From: Owenia fusiformis
Taxonomy: Eukaryota
Direction: 5' to 3'
DNA: 64,000 bases
Assembly: GCA_903813345.2 (NCBI GenBank)
Contig: CAIIXF020000001.1
Location: forward strand, 8,866,001-8,930,000
The notes below the pieces were generated by a model. That model made no database searches. It saw only the letters and a list, made by a program, of their open reading frames with translations, and had not been told where the DNA came from. Positions 37,598-52,500 of this stretch are shown here, in pieces (the stretch's first letter is position 1; each line of letters starts with the position of its first letter). Both the position numbers and the translations under genes were made by a program.

Positions 37598-40500
37598 CAC
37601 TTCCCATCATAAGTTTGGCAACTCAAACCCCTTTGAATCACTTATTAAAGCCTGTTTATTTTTGGCATGTGAAATCGAAATATCTGAAATATGGTAATAA
37701 GGAATATAATCAAGGTTTAAACATTGACAGACTTTGATATGCTATCATATAATAACTTCCAGTTGCCAAACTTATGGAGGAGGTGCACATGCTTTATAGT
37801 ATAGGGTCCATGTAAACTGCAACAAGACTCCTATTGTTGCTGCAAATAATTAGCTATATAATAACAAATTGTAACACCAAATGATTAAGAGTCAGAGTTT
37901 CTCAGAGCCTGGTTGCAGTTTGCACACTTCGTATTGTATATATGTCATATATTGTTTAGTTGTAGTCTGTAGAACATAACAAGATGTGAATGTTTTGTTT
38001 ATGTAAAAATAATACATCTTGTCCATAGGCTTAGCAAGGGGGTGCAATGGGATCGCATCCCCACCCCCTCCCCCCCATAACCAATAAAAATATAACCATG
38101 AGATAGAAGAAGAGTTTTAAAATGCTTTTTATTTTAAGCTTCTAGCCCTGTTTTGAAGGAAGTTGAATCAAGATTTGTAAAATTCAAGATAGATCTTAAT
38201 TTTTCGCTTTTTTATGCCACAGTTGCATCCCCCTGACTGTAAACCGAAAAATTTTGGCGATCAAACCCCCACTGAACCAAAGCTAGCTACGTCCCTATTG
38301 TTCCTAAGGAATTGGAGATAATGTTTCACTGCTAGTCTAGCACCCGATACTTCACATAGTATCAAGGGAATTGATTGTACTTTGTACAGGAAACAATTGT
38401 ATCCCTGGCTGACCAAAACAGAGAAATAGATTTTTGAAATCTCAATATTGGAATCAATTTCACTTTCACGTTATCTTTTAGCATCTCTTTCAACCAGTCA
38501 AGTTTTCTTTATATTTATGATAAACTCTTTCTGATGTCATAAGTCATCACCTCCATAGTAAGTATTTAATGGAGCTTATTATCATCTTCGACTTCCATGT
38601 TATTATACAGTTGGAGCAATTGAAACCTTGAGAATCAAGATGGCTAATTATCAGAATTTTCAATCTAAATGGGTTCTAATTTGCTTCTACCACCTTGATT
38701 ATGCTTTGTGCAGATGACTTATTATTCCTGGAGCAGCATGATCGACAGTAAGTGTTACGCTGTATATGGCATACATTCATGGTTGCGCATGCAGTATTTG
38801 TGATACAGGTGAATATGCCATACTCAGCTGCGGTGTATGGCATATTCTGCAGGTGAGTATGCGATATTCCGCAGTGAATATGCGATACATTGATTTCAGG
38901 GAATACCCCATACTCACCTGCGGAATATGTCATACTCACTTGCGGAATATGCCATATACCGCAGGTGAATATGACATATACCGCAGGTGAAAACGTGATA
39001 CAGAAAGCCTTGATTTGATTGCTTGCGGGAATCTATTATAAATGTAAAACTACACTGGATTACCAATATAGTTAGTGCGTCTAGTACTAATGTATCAATC
39101 CAGGATTGATTGAGTAAGTTTATTGCACAAGATTGGTGACTGATACTTCTGGTAAGTTAATATATTTGATACACAGTGCTGTTGATTCAGTTATCATTAT
39201 AATAATTTATAATGTTTGACTTGCTCGTTCAATCTGAGCAATTGGCAATTGCGTACTTCAATATCACATTCTCATTGGTTAGTGTGTATGCCATATACCG
39301 CAGGTGAATCTGCCATACACCGCAAGTGAATATGCCATATTCAATGCAGAATATGACATAATTTTGTATCGTGATTACCTGTAACAGTAAGTTCCAGTTT
39401 TTGTTCCCTGCTAAATGTTAAAGTACGTAATAAGCTACTGACTGATAATATCTTGGGATCAACCAATCCACACTCAGTTATTAAGCTTACTTACGTTTTG
39501 TCACTCCCATTGACTTTTGGAATCTGTTTCTTCAAGACCGTATATTATCATGGAAACCCCTTCATAATAAACCTATTCACCAGTTAAAGACATTCAATCT
39601 AAGACCAAGTGACCATGGATCCTATGGATTGTGGAGTAACATGTTATCATGAATTGAATGCAGGAGAAAAAGTTTATTTGAAGATATTATGAATGGCACT
39701 GGCCAGCTCAGTTTGTGTAAAACTAAAATATCCGTAGCAGACAAGTTAGTGAAATCGATCCAAGTAATCATGCTCTTACAAAGTTTTGACAACTTTTCCT
39801 TTTTAACAATTTGATGAATGTAAACAAAGGAAGTTACTTCGCTAAAGCCTAACATACACCAATACGGCATGGTGGGACCTCCATTGATTTAACATTGGGT
39901 GGGACCTCATGGAAATCCGTTGGAATTCATTGAGCTTTGCCCAATGGAACTCCTCGGGATTCCTTGGGATTTACCCAATGAAGCCCCATTGAGTCCAATG
40001 AGATTTGATCGGGTATCATTTGGCGAAGTCCCACTGAGAATGAACATATTCATTCTTTCCATTGGGCATCGCGGGACTTTTGATCATGGGATGTGTCAGC
40101 TAACTTAAAATCAAAATGACCTAGACATTACCTTCTAAACTAAATTACATCATTTCCGTGGGACTTTGTGGGATATGGAGGGACTCGATGAGACTCTATG
40201 GGGCAAAGTTAACAAGGTCTCTTGGGACATTATGGGACTCGATATGGCATGGTGGGACTTGATGGGGCGACTGGGATTCTGCACCATTGGAATATGTTGG
40301 CCTATGGACCAAACTCGCGTAATGTCACATATAATATAAGTAATGTCAACAAACCCAGTGCCACGGAATTGATCACTGTCTTTGAGAGAATGTAAAGCAC
40401 TATTATATCCTTTGGCTTCAGGTTTCTACAACTAAACAATTTATGACACATATACACCCCCTCCATAAGGTTGGCAACTGCACGTTTTCATATGATCACA

Positions 40501-40656
40501 TATTAAGGTCTGTCAATGTTTGAACCTTGATTTTGTTCCTTATTGCTTAATTCCAAAAGCTTGATGTCTTGTTTAAAATTGCCAAACAGCATGACAAGCT
40601 TTAATAAGTGATTTAAATGGGGACTTCCAGTTACAAAACTTATGATGGGGAGTGTA
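37598..40656. repeat. Two inverted copies (~37598-37790 and ~40455-40656) of a ~190-bp MITE-like repeat
   Basis: cacttcccatcataagtttggcaact...aaacttatggaggaggtg versus caccccctccataaggttggcaact...aaacttatgatggggagtg. Confidence 0.6.
38760..39000. repeat. ~22-bp minisatellite (gcaggtgaatatgccatatacc), in both orientations; more copies at 39285-39360
   Basis: Units seen directly. Confidence 0.75.
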
Positions 40657-41571
40657 ATATAACATATTATCATCATAATTTATTCTTAACATACCATAAC
40701 TACATGGACAACATTAGGATAAAATGGCATCTGAAATACAATTTTGAAAAATGTTATAAGTACACATACATGTATTTCCTATTGCTGACCACACATACCC
40801 TAAACGGTTTTATGGGGTATGGCAATCATAAGCTGTAAAAATATAAAATGGTAGATAAGGAATATGTTTAGCATATCATGATGTCACATATAGTGCTAAG
40901 GTTTAATTAGAATAACACTTTTTGCTATAATGATACACATTTTCTATTTGACCCTAGCAACAAGTTCAACGACTGAAGTGTTATGTGCCAAGCCCCTTTT
41001 CTTGAATTTTTAGGGGAAGGTAAAGAGAAAAATCAGAAAAATAGATACTTGTACTTTTTATTGAAACTTATTCAAGAAATATTTGCTAACATCATCAGTG
41101 AAGTTTTTAATCAGGTTTTTTACACCATAGGCCCTTACTGTTTTTTAAACGACTGATTCACTATCGACTGATTAAGAAATCTTGAAGAGAAATTATGTAC
41201 TTTTAGGGACAAATTATCCCATATCTCGACCAAATATTGTTGGTTAAGACCCAAACTTTCAGGAATTTTTCATACATGCCTTACTGATATATTGACAATG
41301 TTTCATTATAATTGCAACATCCTGAAATGAGATATTAAATAGTTTCAAGCATATGGTCAAATTCCGACTCAAAAATAATAAAATTTGCTGACTCAGCACT
41401 TTTGAGCCTGCTTTGCAAGGGTTCACAAACTCGGATCTAGACAATATAGTGCCACGTGACCTGGGTATAGTTTAAAGTCGAATCGGTTTCGAAGATCTCT
41501 ACGATGGTCGCCATTGCATTCATAGCACTTAAAGATTTGCTGAATATATTCTGGCAGAAAGTTTAAAGCTA

Positions 41572-42810
41572 ATCGTTTTCTTCGGATTACAATGTTTTTT
41601 CACTTTTCGGCATGAATGTAGGGCTGGGACCTCAAAATCACGGAATGCCGGAGCGGCACCCTTGGGCAACTCTCTACAGGCCAGGCCATTTCGTATACCC
41701 TCCAAATAAAATCTCTTGGGGAGTAATATAAGACACCTTTATATATCAGACACTAATAAAGATATAAAAACTTACATATAGAACTTACTCATTCATGAAA
41801 AACCAATGGTTGTAAAAATTAAACATTATGCCAATGTCTAGACCATGCCAACTCTCTACTGTAAGATAACATTAGAGATTTCATTATGATGCATGTAGTA
41901 GACATGAAACTTAAATATAAATAAAATGTGCAGTCTCCTATATACTAGATTATAGTAATGAATGAATTACAATGGATATGTTTTGAATCCATTGATCTTT
42001 TGTCTAATGATACATGTTTCTAATGAATGCTGAAAAATGATAAAATTAACCATAACCATCTTGTAACATTTTATGGGCTAGTGTTCTAAATTATAAATTT
42101 ATTCGAGTGTCAATTAATTAAAATCTTCATATTGTTATATCAGACAACGTCAGTAGATGTTTTTGGATACTAATTGATGTTGAATCCCAATGCATTATTA
42201 ATTCGGACCTAGGAATTGAATGTTTTTGCCTGTTTTCCCCAAATTATCAAACTTTGGGGGCTGTGTCGAGGGAGTTAGATAAAAATGGAAAAAAATTTAA
42301 CAAACTCATGTGACTATTTACTTCAGAAGAAACATGGTTTCATCTTTTGAGGAGCATAATATTTATTTGGACCACCTTTTTAGTGAAATGTAAAAACCTA
42401 ATTATGAAGTGATGTTGCCATAGCAACTGAAATGTCAGACATATTACATAAATGATATGATGAATTATTTTAACTTCACTTCTAATCATGTTATGTGCTT
42501 CAGATGGTTTGAGAATCAAGACGATGAAGACAATTATGAAACCACACAAAATAATGCATTTCTAAGGTAAGAGGTAGTGTTCTATCACTGTTGCTACAGA
42601 ATACGGATCAAATATCATACGAAGAATACTCGCTGAAAATCTCAAGTCAAAATCATTGTTAGTGTATGATATATAAAGGTGTCTTATATTGCCCCTGTAA
42701 ATTTTATTAGGGGGTATGAGAAATGCTCTGTAGAGAGTTGCCCAAGGGTGCCGCTCTGGCTCTATATTCATGCTGAAAAGTTAAAAACATTGTAATCCGA
42801 AGAAAACGAC
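41572..42810. mobile_element. Probable non-autonomous DNA transposon with ~150-200 bp inverted arms
   Basis: cgttttcttcggattacaatgttttt...gagcggcacccttgggcaactctctacag is mirrored at ~42655-42810; TSD not resolved. Confidence 0.5.
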
Positions 42811-44559
42811 TGATCCTCAAAATGCCCCATATTCCTTCCGGACTAATATAAGCGGGGCATTATTTTCGAGAAATCTTGTACATGAGATTAGAACGGTTGT
42901 GTGAGCGTCTTGTGTCAAGCGGTAGCCAGTTTAGACAGTGCAGTACTTGAGAATTGTTTGAACCTTATATAGATTCCGCAACGATAATGCCTGCTTTATA
43001 ATGTAAATATTCAAGAAGACTGAGCTTGGTCACATTGCCACATCCATAAACAATATCATAAACGTCAAGGTGTGGCTGAATAAAAGATTTAAACAGTGTG
43101 TGAACACTCGAGACTTTAGTTTAAGTGCTTTGAGTGGGTTTAAGTTTATCAACGTGCGACATTTAGTTTATGTAGGTGTGTATGAATAATTTATTAGAAT
43201 GTTACATATTGTTAGGTTATAAACAGTATTGTGAAGTATAGTATGAAGTATACATAAAGAATATTTTCAAGTGTGATGCATGTTTGCAAACTAAACACAA
43301 CATATGGAGATATTGGGATACAAACTCTATACAAACATGTTGAGTTTGAATTTAATACCAATACCAATATCAACTCACATTATTACCACCTTGCCGGGCC
43401 AGTTCTAGGGGTTTTAGTGCTAGTTCAGAAGGTATTCATTTTACTTTATCGACCTGAGCAATTTGTGACATCATAGTGGTGGTCAAGAATGCATTTAACG
43501 ACCGGTCGAGAATGCATTTAACGACCGGCAATTTTCCCCGGGATATCGTTCAGTGAGTAAGATTTTCTTACTGTTTCAGTCCTGGTCGTTAACGGTGGTA
43601 GTAATACTAATAATAACGTCATTTCTGCGGGCCTTTGGCCCTCGGTCCAATATTTCACTATATTGCTCTTCGAAATGACGTTATTGTACTATTGATTTTC
43701 AAATTCAGTTTGAAGCCAAATTGAATGCCGATATGGATATTGGATCTTCATTTCACTGCAAGGCATGTTTTTGAATCTCGGTATCAAATCAAATATGGTC
43801 TCATGGCTGTTTTTAAAATACATGCGTTCTTTTATCACCATATGGTTGAGTAAACGAGGAACATATGATAATGCTATTTGTTCCGGGGTTTGCGTATACC
43901 ATTGGAAAAGTATGATTTATATTATAAGATCACAAAAGTCTGCAGTTGTTTAACTAGTCTCATCGGGGGCATTTTATGAAGTCCAAATAATCGTTTTATA
44001 TTCAAATTACATACCACAAAAACGATATAACTAGCTTACAGTCGCACGTGTACAGTCTTCGAAAAACAATGTATACGACGTGCAACATAGTACTTTAGGA
44101 TATTAAATAAATCAGTTCGTCAAGACAACAAGAATTTTCTAAAAATAAGAGAGAGATGTAAAAAATAAATTCCGAACGATAGTGATGAAAGAACGTACAA
44201 ATTGTTTTTGAGACTTTTTATTGATCTTACGCCTCGTGAATGTAAAATTGAAACACGAGTGCAAAAGAACGTGAAAAAGAACGTGAAAAACCAAAAGTGC
44301 AAGTACCAATGTAACTGTCGAGAAAATAGCGGCGTATGCAACGCAAAACAATTTAAACAATCCACGTTCCATTACAAGCATGAAATTGCAATCAAAGACT
44401 TTTGTCGAACCTTTAGATTAACGTCCATACTGAGGATTTGAAAGTGTTATGTACTTTAATGAAATATATATTTCTCAATATATCATATAACAAACAAACA
44501 AACATATATCAAAATGGTCTTTTCGACATCATAAATCTTGGGAAAATCTCACCCTGAAA

Positions 44560-45006
44560 ATGTTACAAGATCTGGGCTTTACTCAGCTTATCAACAATGA
44601 TACTATATCTCGAGTTAAATGCCATCTTAACGAGGTCAAAGAAGCTTGTATCAGAGCAGATCACGTCGAATGGCGCAACAGTCTTTGGGACGACAGTCGT
44701 AACCCTAATGGCAACAAATTACGGACATATAGATTGTTTAAAACACATTCCATGCAGCCCGCCCATTATACTTGTATCAACATGTCAAGGAGTGAACGCA
44801 GAGCTATTGCCCAACTTAGAAGTGGAACACTCCCATTGAAGATCGAAACTGGACGATATAACAATACCCAACTCCAGGATCGCCGATGTCACTGTGATAA
44901 TTTAACTGTTGAGGACGAGTTTCATTTTCTTTTACAGTGCAATAGTTATGAAGAACTGAGAACTCCATTGTTTTTAGATTGTCTTAAAGTGAGCGCCAAA
45001 GTTTAA
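44560..45006 (+). mobile_element. LINE (L2/Crack/Daphne-like) ORF2 C-terminal fragment
   Basis: KLRTYRLFK...IAQLRSGTLPLKIETGRY...RRCHC...EDEFHFLLQC: the zinc-knuckle region downstream of reverse transcriptase. Confidence 0.85.
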
Positions 45007-46240
45007 AACTGCGCAGGCGCACCGCTCTCGCTAAACTATATAAAGAGATTACCAGGTACACGATTCAGAGGTAAGCCAGGAAGGCGAACGATCTTCGTCT
45101 CGAGATGATTTCCCATATAATCGTAACCAGGGAAGTTTCACCATTGAAATTGAAAATTACTATTAGATATACTTTGTAGATGTTATTTATGAAGTTATTT
45201 AGTGTTTGCATCAATCAAATGGCTCATTTTGAACATATAAAAAGTATTTGAGTTTTGTTTCCCAGGGAATTGTATTGTATGTAGTACACACATAAATAGT
45301 TTACATTATACATTACTTGAATAGCCTGGTTTACATAATATTGAAGGGCATGCTGATTACATGCACACGAGTACATGAATGAAGGCCTAATATTGATATA
45401 CGTAGCTTGCATACCTAAATAAAAAATAAACTCTTCTAATCCCCTAATGTAAACACGGCGGTATACGTAGCCCGATTTATCGGAGACTTTAAGGAAATTC
45501 CTGACTTTCACCAGCTTAACCATATTCAACAATTGTGCAATATTATGCCAACACAGAGCCTACAAAGGACACTATCCAAAACACTTATAAAAATGATTTT
45601 AAAAAGACGTACTCTACTGTGATAATTTAACCTTTTATATAGTCATACTGAATCTAGTCTCTCATAGGTCGACACCGGCCGGGTCAGACGATTTTAATAT
45701 TATTGTTTTATAATTGTATGTATTTCAAATGGCGTGAGACATAAATAAAATATAACATAACAATAGAGAGATTTCGCACATAAGTGAAACTGCAACTTAT
45801 ACGTATACGTATAGTTTAAAGGGTCATGTCGAACTATTATATTTACTAAAATCAATTTTAAATTGTACTTAATGGAACATAACTATTCCCGTTATAGAAA
45901 AGCTCCATTCTGATTTATCAGAGTCCCTCTTTACTAACGCTTTTGAGAGAACTATTCCAAAAGGATAGTAAAGGCTGTGGATCCCACAATGGAAAAGCTC
46001 CATCAACTAGAGACTGTGAATGCACTGTCATCTGCACGTGTAGATTATGCACATTATAATTAAATGCTTTCTTCCGTGTCCTTTTAGTTGTAGTATATTA
46101 TAAACACGGTCCTTTAAAGTGAGTCATGATTCTTTAAAGTGAGTCATTACATAAACAAGTTGATTATTTCAATGTTTTCATGATCAGTATAAGTTCAATG
46201 AACTTACAAAACGGTATATTTACGTAGATGATAACGTATA

Positions 46241-47290
46241 CAGGGTGTTCCAAAAGTAACAGGACTGGTGCTGGGATTTTGTCAATTCTGCACCGAGTGT
46301 GTTCAAATTTTCACAAATTGTACTTTGACGTAGTGCAACTAAAATTGTAAAGTCTCAGAAAAAATGATAAGATGTGGGTAAAGTTATGGTTACTATAGTA
46401 ACGTAACATTACAATACCCGGGGCAACTTTTTCATGAAATGTAGTTTCTAACATTTTTATATAACTGAAGAAAGTATCTAATTAACCTATTACAATATAA
46501 CATTTCTTGTTTGTTTTATTAGTTGCTTTATAGTTATGGTGTTGCTATAAAACTCAGATTCAAGTATGATTTCATAATAATAATATTCATTCAATTTCCT
46601 GAAATATCATTATGTATAACAGTCTTCACAATTCACTGTTGAGTTTTTGAAAAGACTTATTTGAAGCAAGTCATCCACTTTGATAAGGCGCCTGCCTGCA
46701 AGTCAGCATTAAAGACCACTGCACTATAGCGGAGCTAGGTCTTGAAGTCTAAGACCATGCACCATAATCTTCTGATCATGCAATATCTAATTTTTACTTT
46801 TATATGGAGAATGGAATGCTAATCAGCGCGGTAAGATAGTTGAAGATGAGAATGACCTTCTCCAAGTTGTCCTATCGACCCTGCGTGACATGTCATCAAA
46901 TGGGTTCACTCATGTGTTTGAGTCATGGATACAGAGTGCTACTCTTGTACTGACCCTAGAGGACCCTACTTTTTCAAAGTAGAGGATACATAGGAATATC
47001 AAATGATGTATTTAGCAAATGTAATTTCCACCAGTTGTTCGATTCTAACTTTTATATGGGATGTACAAAATGCTTAAATTCTCTGTAACTTTCTGCGTGG
47101 AATGTTGCCCCGGGTATTGTGATGTCATGTTACCATAGCAACCAAAACTCTACCCAAGTTTCATAAATTTTATCGAAACTTTGCAATTTTAGTAACAATA
47201 CATGAAAGTATATTATGTACAATTTTGAAGACAATTGGTGCATGTTCAACAAAATGCCAGCACCAGTCCTGTTACTTTTGGAACACCCTG
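46241..47290. mobile_element. Tc1/mariner non-autonomous element, TA TSD
   Basis: ta|CAGGGTGTTCCAAAAGTAACAGGACTGGTGCTGG ... CCAGCACCAGTCCTGTTACTTTTGGAACACCCTG|ta. Confidence 0.88.
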
Positions 47291-47502
47291 TACAGTTGGA
47301 TCTCCGTATAAAGATTTGCCTACATGTGTGTGGAACAATTGACCGCAAGCATTTTTTGAAATTAATTGGCTGAGTGGGAACAATATCCAATCAAATACTT
47401 TAACCATCAATTTGAAACACCAATCAAACCAGTAGGTTCTAGCAATTCCTGGAAACGACCCATTCAGTAGCTCAACAAATGACATACAGGGTTTTCATAA
47501 CG

Positions 47503-49442
47503 CACTGTGGCTAGTCGATCTATGTGGATGCAGTCAGGCACATGTAATGTTTCGTGAGTACCCGCCTCTGTACTTTTCAATGGAAGAATTTTGCACTTCT
47601 GTTTAAATAATCTATATTTACTCATCCGTGTATATCATACTTCATTGATTTACAAAACCAAAGCTACGCTATAAACACACATTCTCTGATATTTTTACGG
47701 AGAATAGATAACTCAAACGAGTTCACTCGACCAGTTTTATCATCTCGCTCACAGCTGTGAGAAGGCTGTATAATTTGCTATAGGTTTACCTTGTAATGGG
47801 GAATAAAAAATTCAAGTAATATAATTATTTCACATACACAAATATGTCTGTGTGAAGTAAAATACAAATACGGTGCGTTCTATAATATTTTTGGGGTTAT
47901 GGTATGAAATATCCGCTTTAAAAAGCAATTTAATTATGATGTATCATGTGGATTAGTAGACGTTCTGATTGGATTCATTGAACAGACTGGCTAGGTTTCA
48001 ATTGAATCATTTTGAATGTGTGTATTTTTAATATTTTAATCCACAGTGTCAAAAAACAATAATAATGCTATATTGGTAATTGGAAAGATTCCACTTACCA
48101 CGATTTCAAAAAATTGTAAATAGATAATATTATTCTTGAATTGTGGTCATTTGTTTCAAGGAATCTGGAGGCTAGTTCAGCTGAGCTGACAAAATCATCA
48201 AGATTTACAGATGGTCCATCTGTTGGCTGCTCATTGTCACTTTCAAGGAATGTTAATGGCTCTGAAAATTGTAGCCTTGCCCAAGTCGGTATTTATTTAC
48301 TTATCTGATCTTGAATTATTACAACCTTAAACAATCCAATGCATCATCGCTGATATTATGCTAAGTTATTCAGCAGTTCCAAGATTCCCATAATACCTAG
48401 GCTACCTAACGGTATCGCAAAACCATATTGATTGACAATATGGACATGGACACAACGTGTGACATCGATTGATTGACCAAACAAAACGTTATCAGGTTGA
48501 CCTGCATAAAAAAAGCAAACTACCCGTCTAGGACTTGAAATTCAATGATCTGATCGAGTGATTCTTGAGAGTTACAATATATTATGTTATTAATTAATTG
48601 GAATGTAAGCAGTCATTAATACTCGTCTAAATGAAATCATGCAATTCAATGTTGATTCAAAATCAAAACTAAATTCTCGATGGAAATGCACGAAGACCTA
48701 GTCCGGCAATGTCGGCTCGTCGTTGATTTGTCAAATTTTACTGACAAAAACATTGGGTCGGTAAAGCACGTGGCTTCCTCTTGGGTACAAGGCGGTCATT
48801 ATAGAAATCAAGATAAGTAAAAGAGACCGACTTGGGCAAGGCAATGAAACTTGATTTGTGGGTATTCCAGTGGGTCGATGGGTCTTTTGCTCTGAATTCA
48901 CTTCATTGGCGTACCTAATTTCAACATTTTAGTTGTCATCATTACATGTTATGGACCCGTTTTTCAATTTAACAGTATTAGCAATAAAACCATAGTTTTT
49001 GGCTCACACAGCCTATGGGATCGACCAGGCGTCCGTCCGTCCGTCCGTTGGTCCGTCCGTCTGTCAACATTTGCTGCACAAATTAAAACTGCTATTCGGA
49101 TTGAGTCATTTCCACATTCGTTTTATGCAAATCCATAATGTCTATTTGACCTATCATCGCCATTTCCCAAGTTCGCCCGGTTTCCGAGAAATTGCTGATT
49201 TTTAAATTTCGAGAAAAATCGATCTGATGATAGCCTTATAGAAAGTCAAGAGAAGTGAAGAAAAGATTGAAAAAATACCAGTCCAGTCCATTTCCAGGTC
49301 CAAGTCCAGGTCCAAGTCAAGGTCCAGTTCAGGTCCAAGTCCAGATCTAGGTCTAATCAGGTTTAATCTAGGTCAAAGGTCAAGCACCCACGATACATTA
49401 CATGTAAATGACTGCATCCACATAGATCGACTAGCAACAGTG
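47503..49442. mobile_element. Non-autonomous Transib-like element (CACTGT termini, 5-bp TSD)
   Basis: taacg|CACTGTGGCTAGTCGATCTATGTGGATGCAGTCA ... TGACTGCATCCACATAGATCGACTAGCAACAGTG|taacg; TIRs 33/34 identical. Contains a (CCGT)n HINE-like insert near 49000. Confidence 0.75.
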
Positions 49443-49512
49443 TAACGAGCATCTCCAAAAAGTCAATTTGAGAAGAGATGGGTCTATAACATATGTATTA
49501 TATATGAGCCTA

Positions 49513-52500
49513 TAGACTGCGGACTATTCTGTAGAAGTGCTCTAGAAATGGATCTCGCTTTTCATGGAAGGTCACAAATTCCAACATATTTCAAACAATT
49601 TGTATGATTATAATAGACACTTTCTGGGTAGTTGGACTTTATGTAGGGGTGGCAGAAGGCCCTCAGGCCAATTTATACCCCTACCCCAACAAAACCTTGG
49701 GGGTACTTTAATACCACCCAATAAAAATAATACTAATGCATATCAGATATTCATCGTTTTATAGTGGGTAGGGCATGCCATGGTTAGTCAGTGCCAGAAA
49801 TTTCCAATCTCTGACTTATATGGTTACCATGAAAACAGTATTTATATCTCACAATCTTCTCAATTTGACCCCGTCCCAAATGTGTCCTTAAGTTCTCAAA
49901 GTGAAATATTTGCAAATCTGTTTGGATTTTGTGGCTGCAACTTTGTCAAAAGTTGAATTAATATGTATGTATTCACACTAAAGCACTAAAAACTTGATAT
50001 AATGATCTCATAAATTAATAATATTTATCAAATGTAGTCACACACAACTGCTTTTAGGGAAAAGTGGGCGTGGCACTTTTTGGTACTTGTGTAATTGTTG
50101 CAGCATTAAATGAAAAATACTTATTACACTAACAACAATTGACATTTAATTAGCATCTACTAACATTGTGTAACATTGTAGTATGTTCATTATCATTATA
50201 AGATACTTTAAATATTTTATATAAGTGTTATCATGACCCTTCCCTATCATAGGTCATTAATGGTCAAATTAACTTTTAAGTCCTAGAGGTCCTTAGTCTT
50301 TTTAGCTTGTCAAAGTCGTATTCATTGACTTGAAGCTAGAATATAAATAGTCTCATTGATCAAGAGCTATGAGTTAAAATTGATTAATACATTTGTCAGG
50401 GTTAGAGCCATTTTATGCAATTGAAAAGTAATGGACCGACACTGATCAGTACCAAGTGAAGGTAACGGCCGTAACCTTCGCATCTAAGATGGCGGACAGT
50501 AATTGTCGATTTTGATATTTTTAATTTTCATTGAATTAAACTACTTTAGAGTTGATGTTATGCTTTGACATTTGCACCAAATCAGGCTTAAATGACATTG
50601 GAACCATAGATGTAGTAAACATGAATAAACGATATGTGAAATGTTATGCCCTGCCTTAATACATAACTAAGATTTTCTCGGATAAATGGTGTCTTACAAT
50701 TGACTAACTGATTCTATTATCAACATCAGGTAATGCATGATCTATCCAATGGATTAACGAAAATACTTGATTCCAATATGGCAAAATAAATTATTCCATG
50801 TATGAATTGCATAGTGCATCATTTTGCAGATATTCCATAATGCATTCATTGACTCATGGTCAACAAGGTACGGGTAAAACTCCTTTTAGTATTTCACAAA
50901 ATAATGAAATATAAACAATTTACACATTTCTGAAATGCTGTACCTTTAGTGATTCCTTCGACCTGGAAAGTGGTTTGTTATGTTAAAACTTAAAATAATA
51001 TCTAAACAAATCTGTTTAGTGTATAAAAACAATAAAAGTTAATATGTTTAATATCAACTATTATTAGACATATGAATATAACCTAAAATAAGAAATCTTG
51101 TTCTCGTATTCCATTTTAAAATTGGTTCAATGATTTTGGCACAGTAGAAATGATGGTCATGATTAAATATTATATGTAATATGCCCTGATGCTGTAACAT
51201 CAATGGTCCTTTATAATCAGGTATGACTGAAATACTGGACAAGATCTTATAAGGTTACAGTTTCCATATAACGTATGTTCCATATTACTACCCCAAATCT
51301 CCATTGTGTAAGTTTATGAGTCATTATCCCTCATAGTTTATTATGGCAAATGCCTATCCTTGTCTAGAATATGTCATTTTATCAATTTTATAAACAAGTA
51401 TACAATTACACGCCCCCCCCCCCTCCCACACCAAAACTCCATTTTCTTTATCAAATCTTTCTACCTCTATCTGTTATGATTCTCTGTCAGACTTCCCCAA
51501 TTTTCCATACTGTCAAGTAAACATCTAAATAGGATAGTTCTAGCTATTGCTGTTGTTTTGAAATGTTGACTTTTCTTGGGGAAATATTGTTTCAATTCTG
51601 ACAGAAGTTTTTAGCCAATATCATTCAATTTATCAATATCCAAACGCAGGGTTTCAGAAAGTATGCATTTTGTTTGTGCCTGTATTTTCATCATGTGTAC
51701 TTATTAAGACAGCTATATTTAAACGTAAATACATTAAAACATGATACATATAATCTTTTGACAATTTCTTCAGTAAAGTGGCCATTTTGAGAAATGATAT
51801 ATAGCTTGTACCTTTGTTTGATGCTCAACAAGATGTTCGACTGGATTTGCCTTTGTCTAATTCATATATATACCAAATACGAGAATCAGAATCTTATTCT
51901 ACAAAACGGGTGTTTATGGAAGTAGCACTAATTATTGCATCATTGCTATAAATCGTGTGATTTGATTGGCTAATTCAGAACCATGTGACTAAAAATACCA
52001 GCGTATTTCACAGCTCACTGAATTATTTCCATATTTAAAAGACGTATTGTCCAGCGTATTGCCCGCCTGGGGATTCTGACAACTGCACTTTCAATGATTT
52101 TTGCAACATGTATTACCATCGCCCTACGGGCTGCGGGCAATACATATTATATATTGCAAAAATCATTGAAAGATGAACAGGTATTGCCCTCCATAGAATG
52201 AAATATTTGCTTAACATTTCTTACTGTTTCGGGCTTAATATCAATTTTGTTATAAACTGAACAAAGCGGCACCTTTAACATGCAGCTAATTCTCCCATCT
52301 AACCAAGAGAGCCTCTTTTAAAATATCGAAATTTAAAAATTGCCTCTGATTCAATTTGTTCAATCAAATCTAAAATGGTAATACCTTTTTACTGCTTCGA
52401 ACTTCCTTATATTTTATACCATTGGGGTAGGATGTTTGTCTCTTTCAATTAATGCTTTCACCAGAAACATGGATATCACTAATTTTGATTCATATTTAAA

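Noticed and set aside
34562-37697. ORFs made mostly of X (also 62559-63177)
   Set aside because: Artefacts of N gaps.
45010-45021. NRF1-like motif TGCGCAGGCGCA
   Set aside because: Isolated motif at a repeat junction with no linked transcription start evidence.
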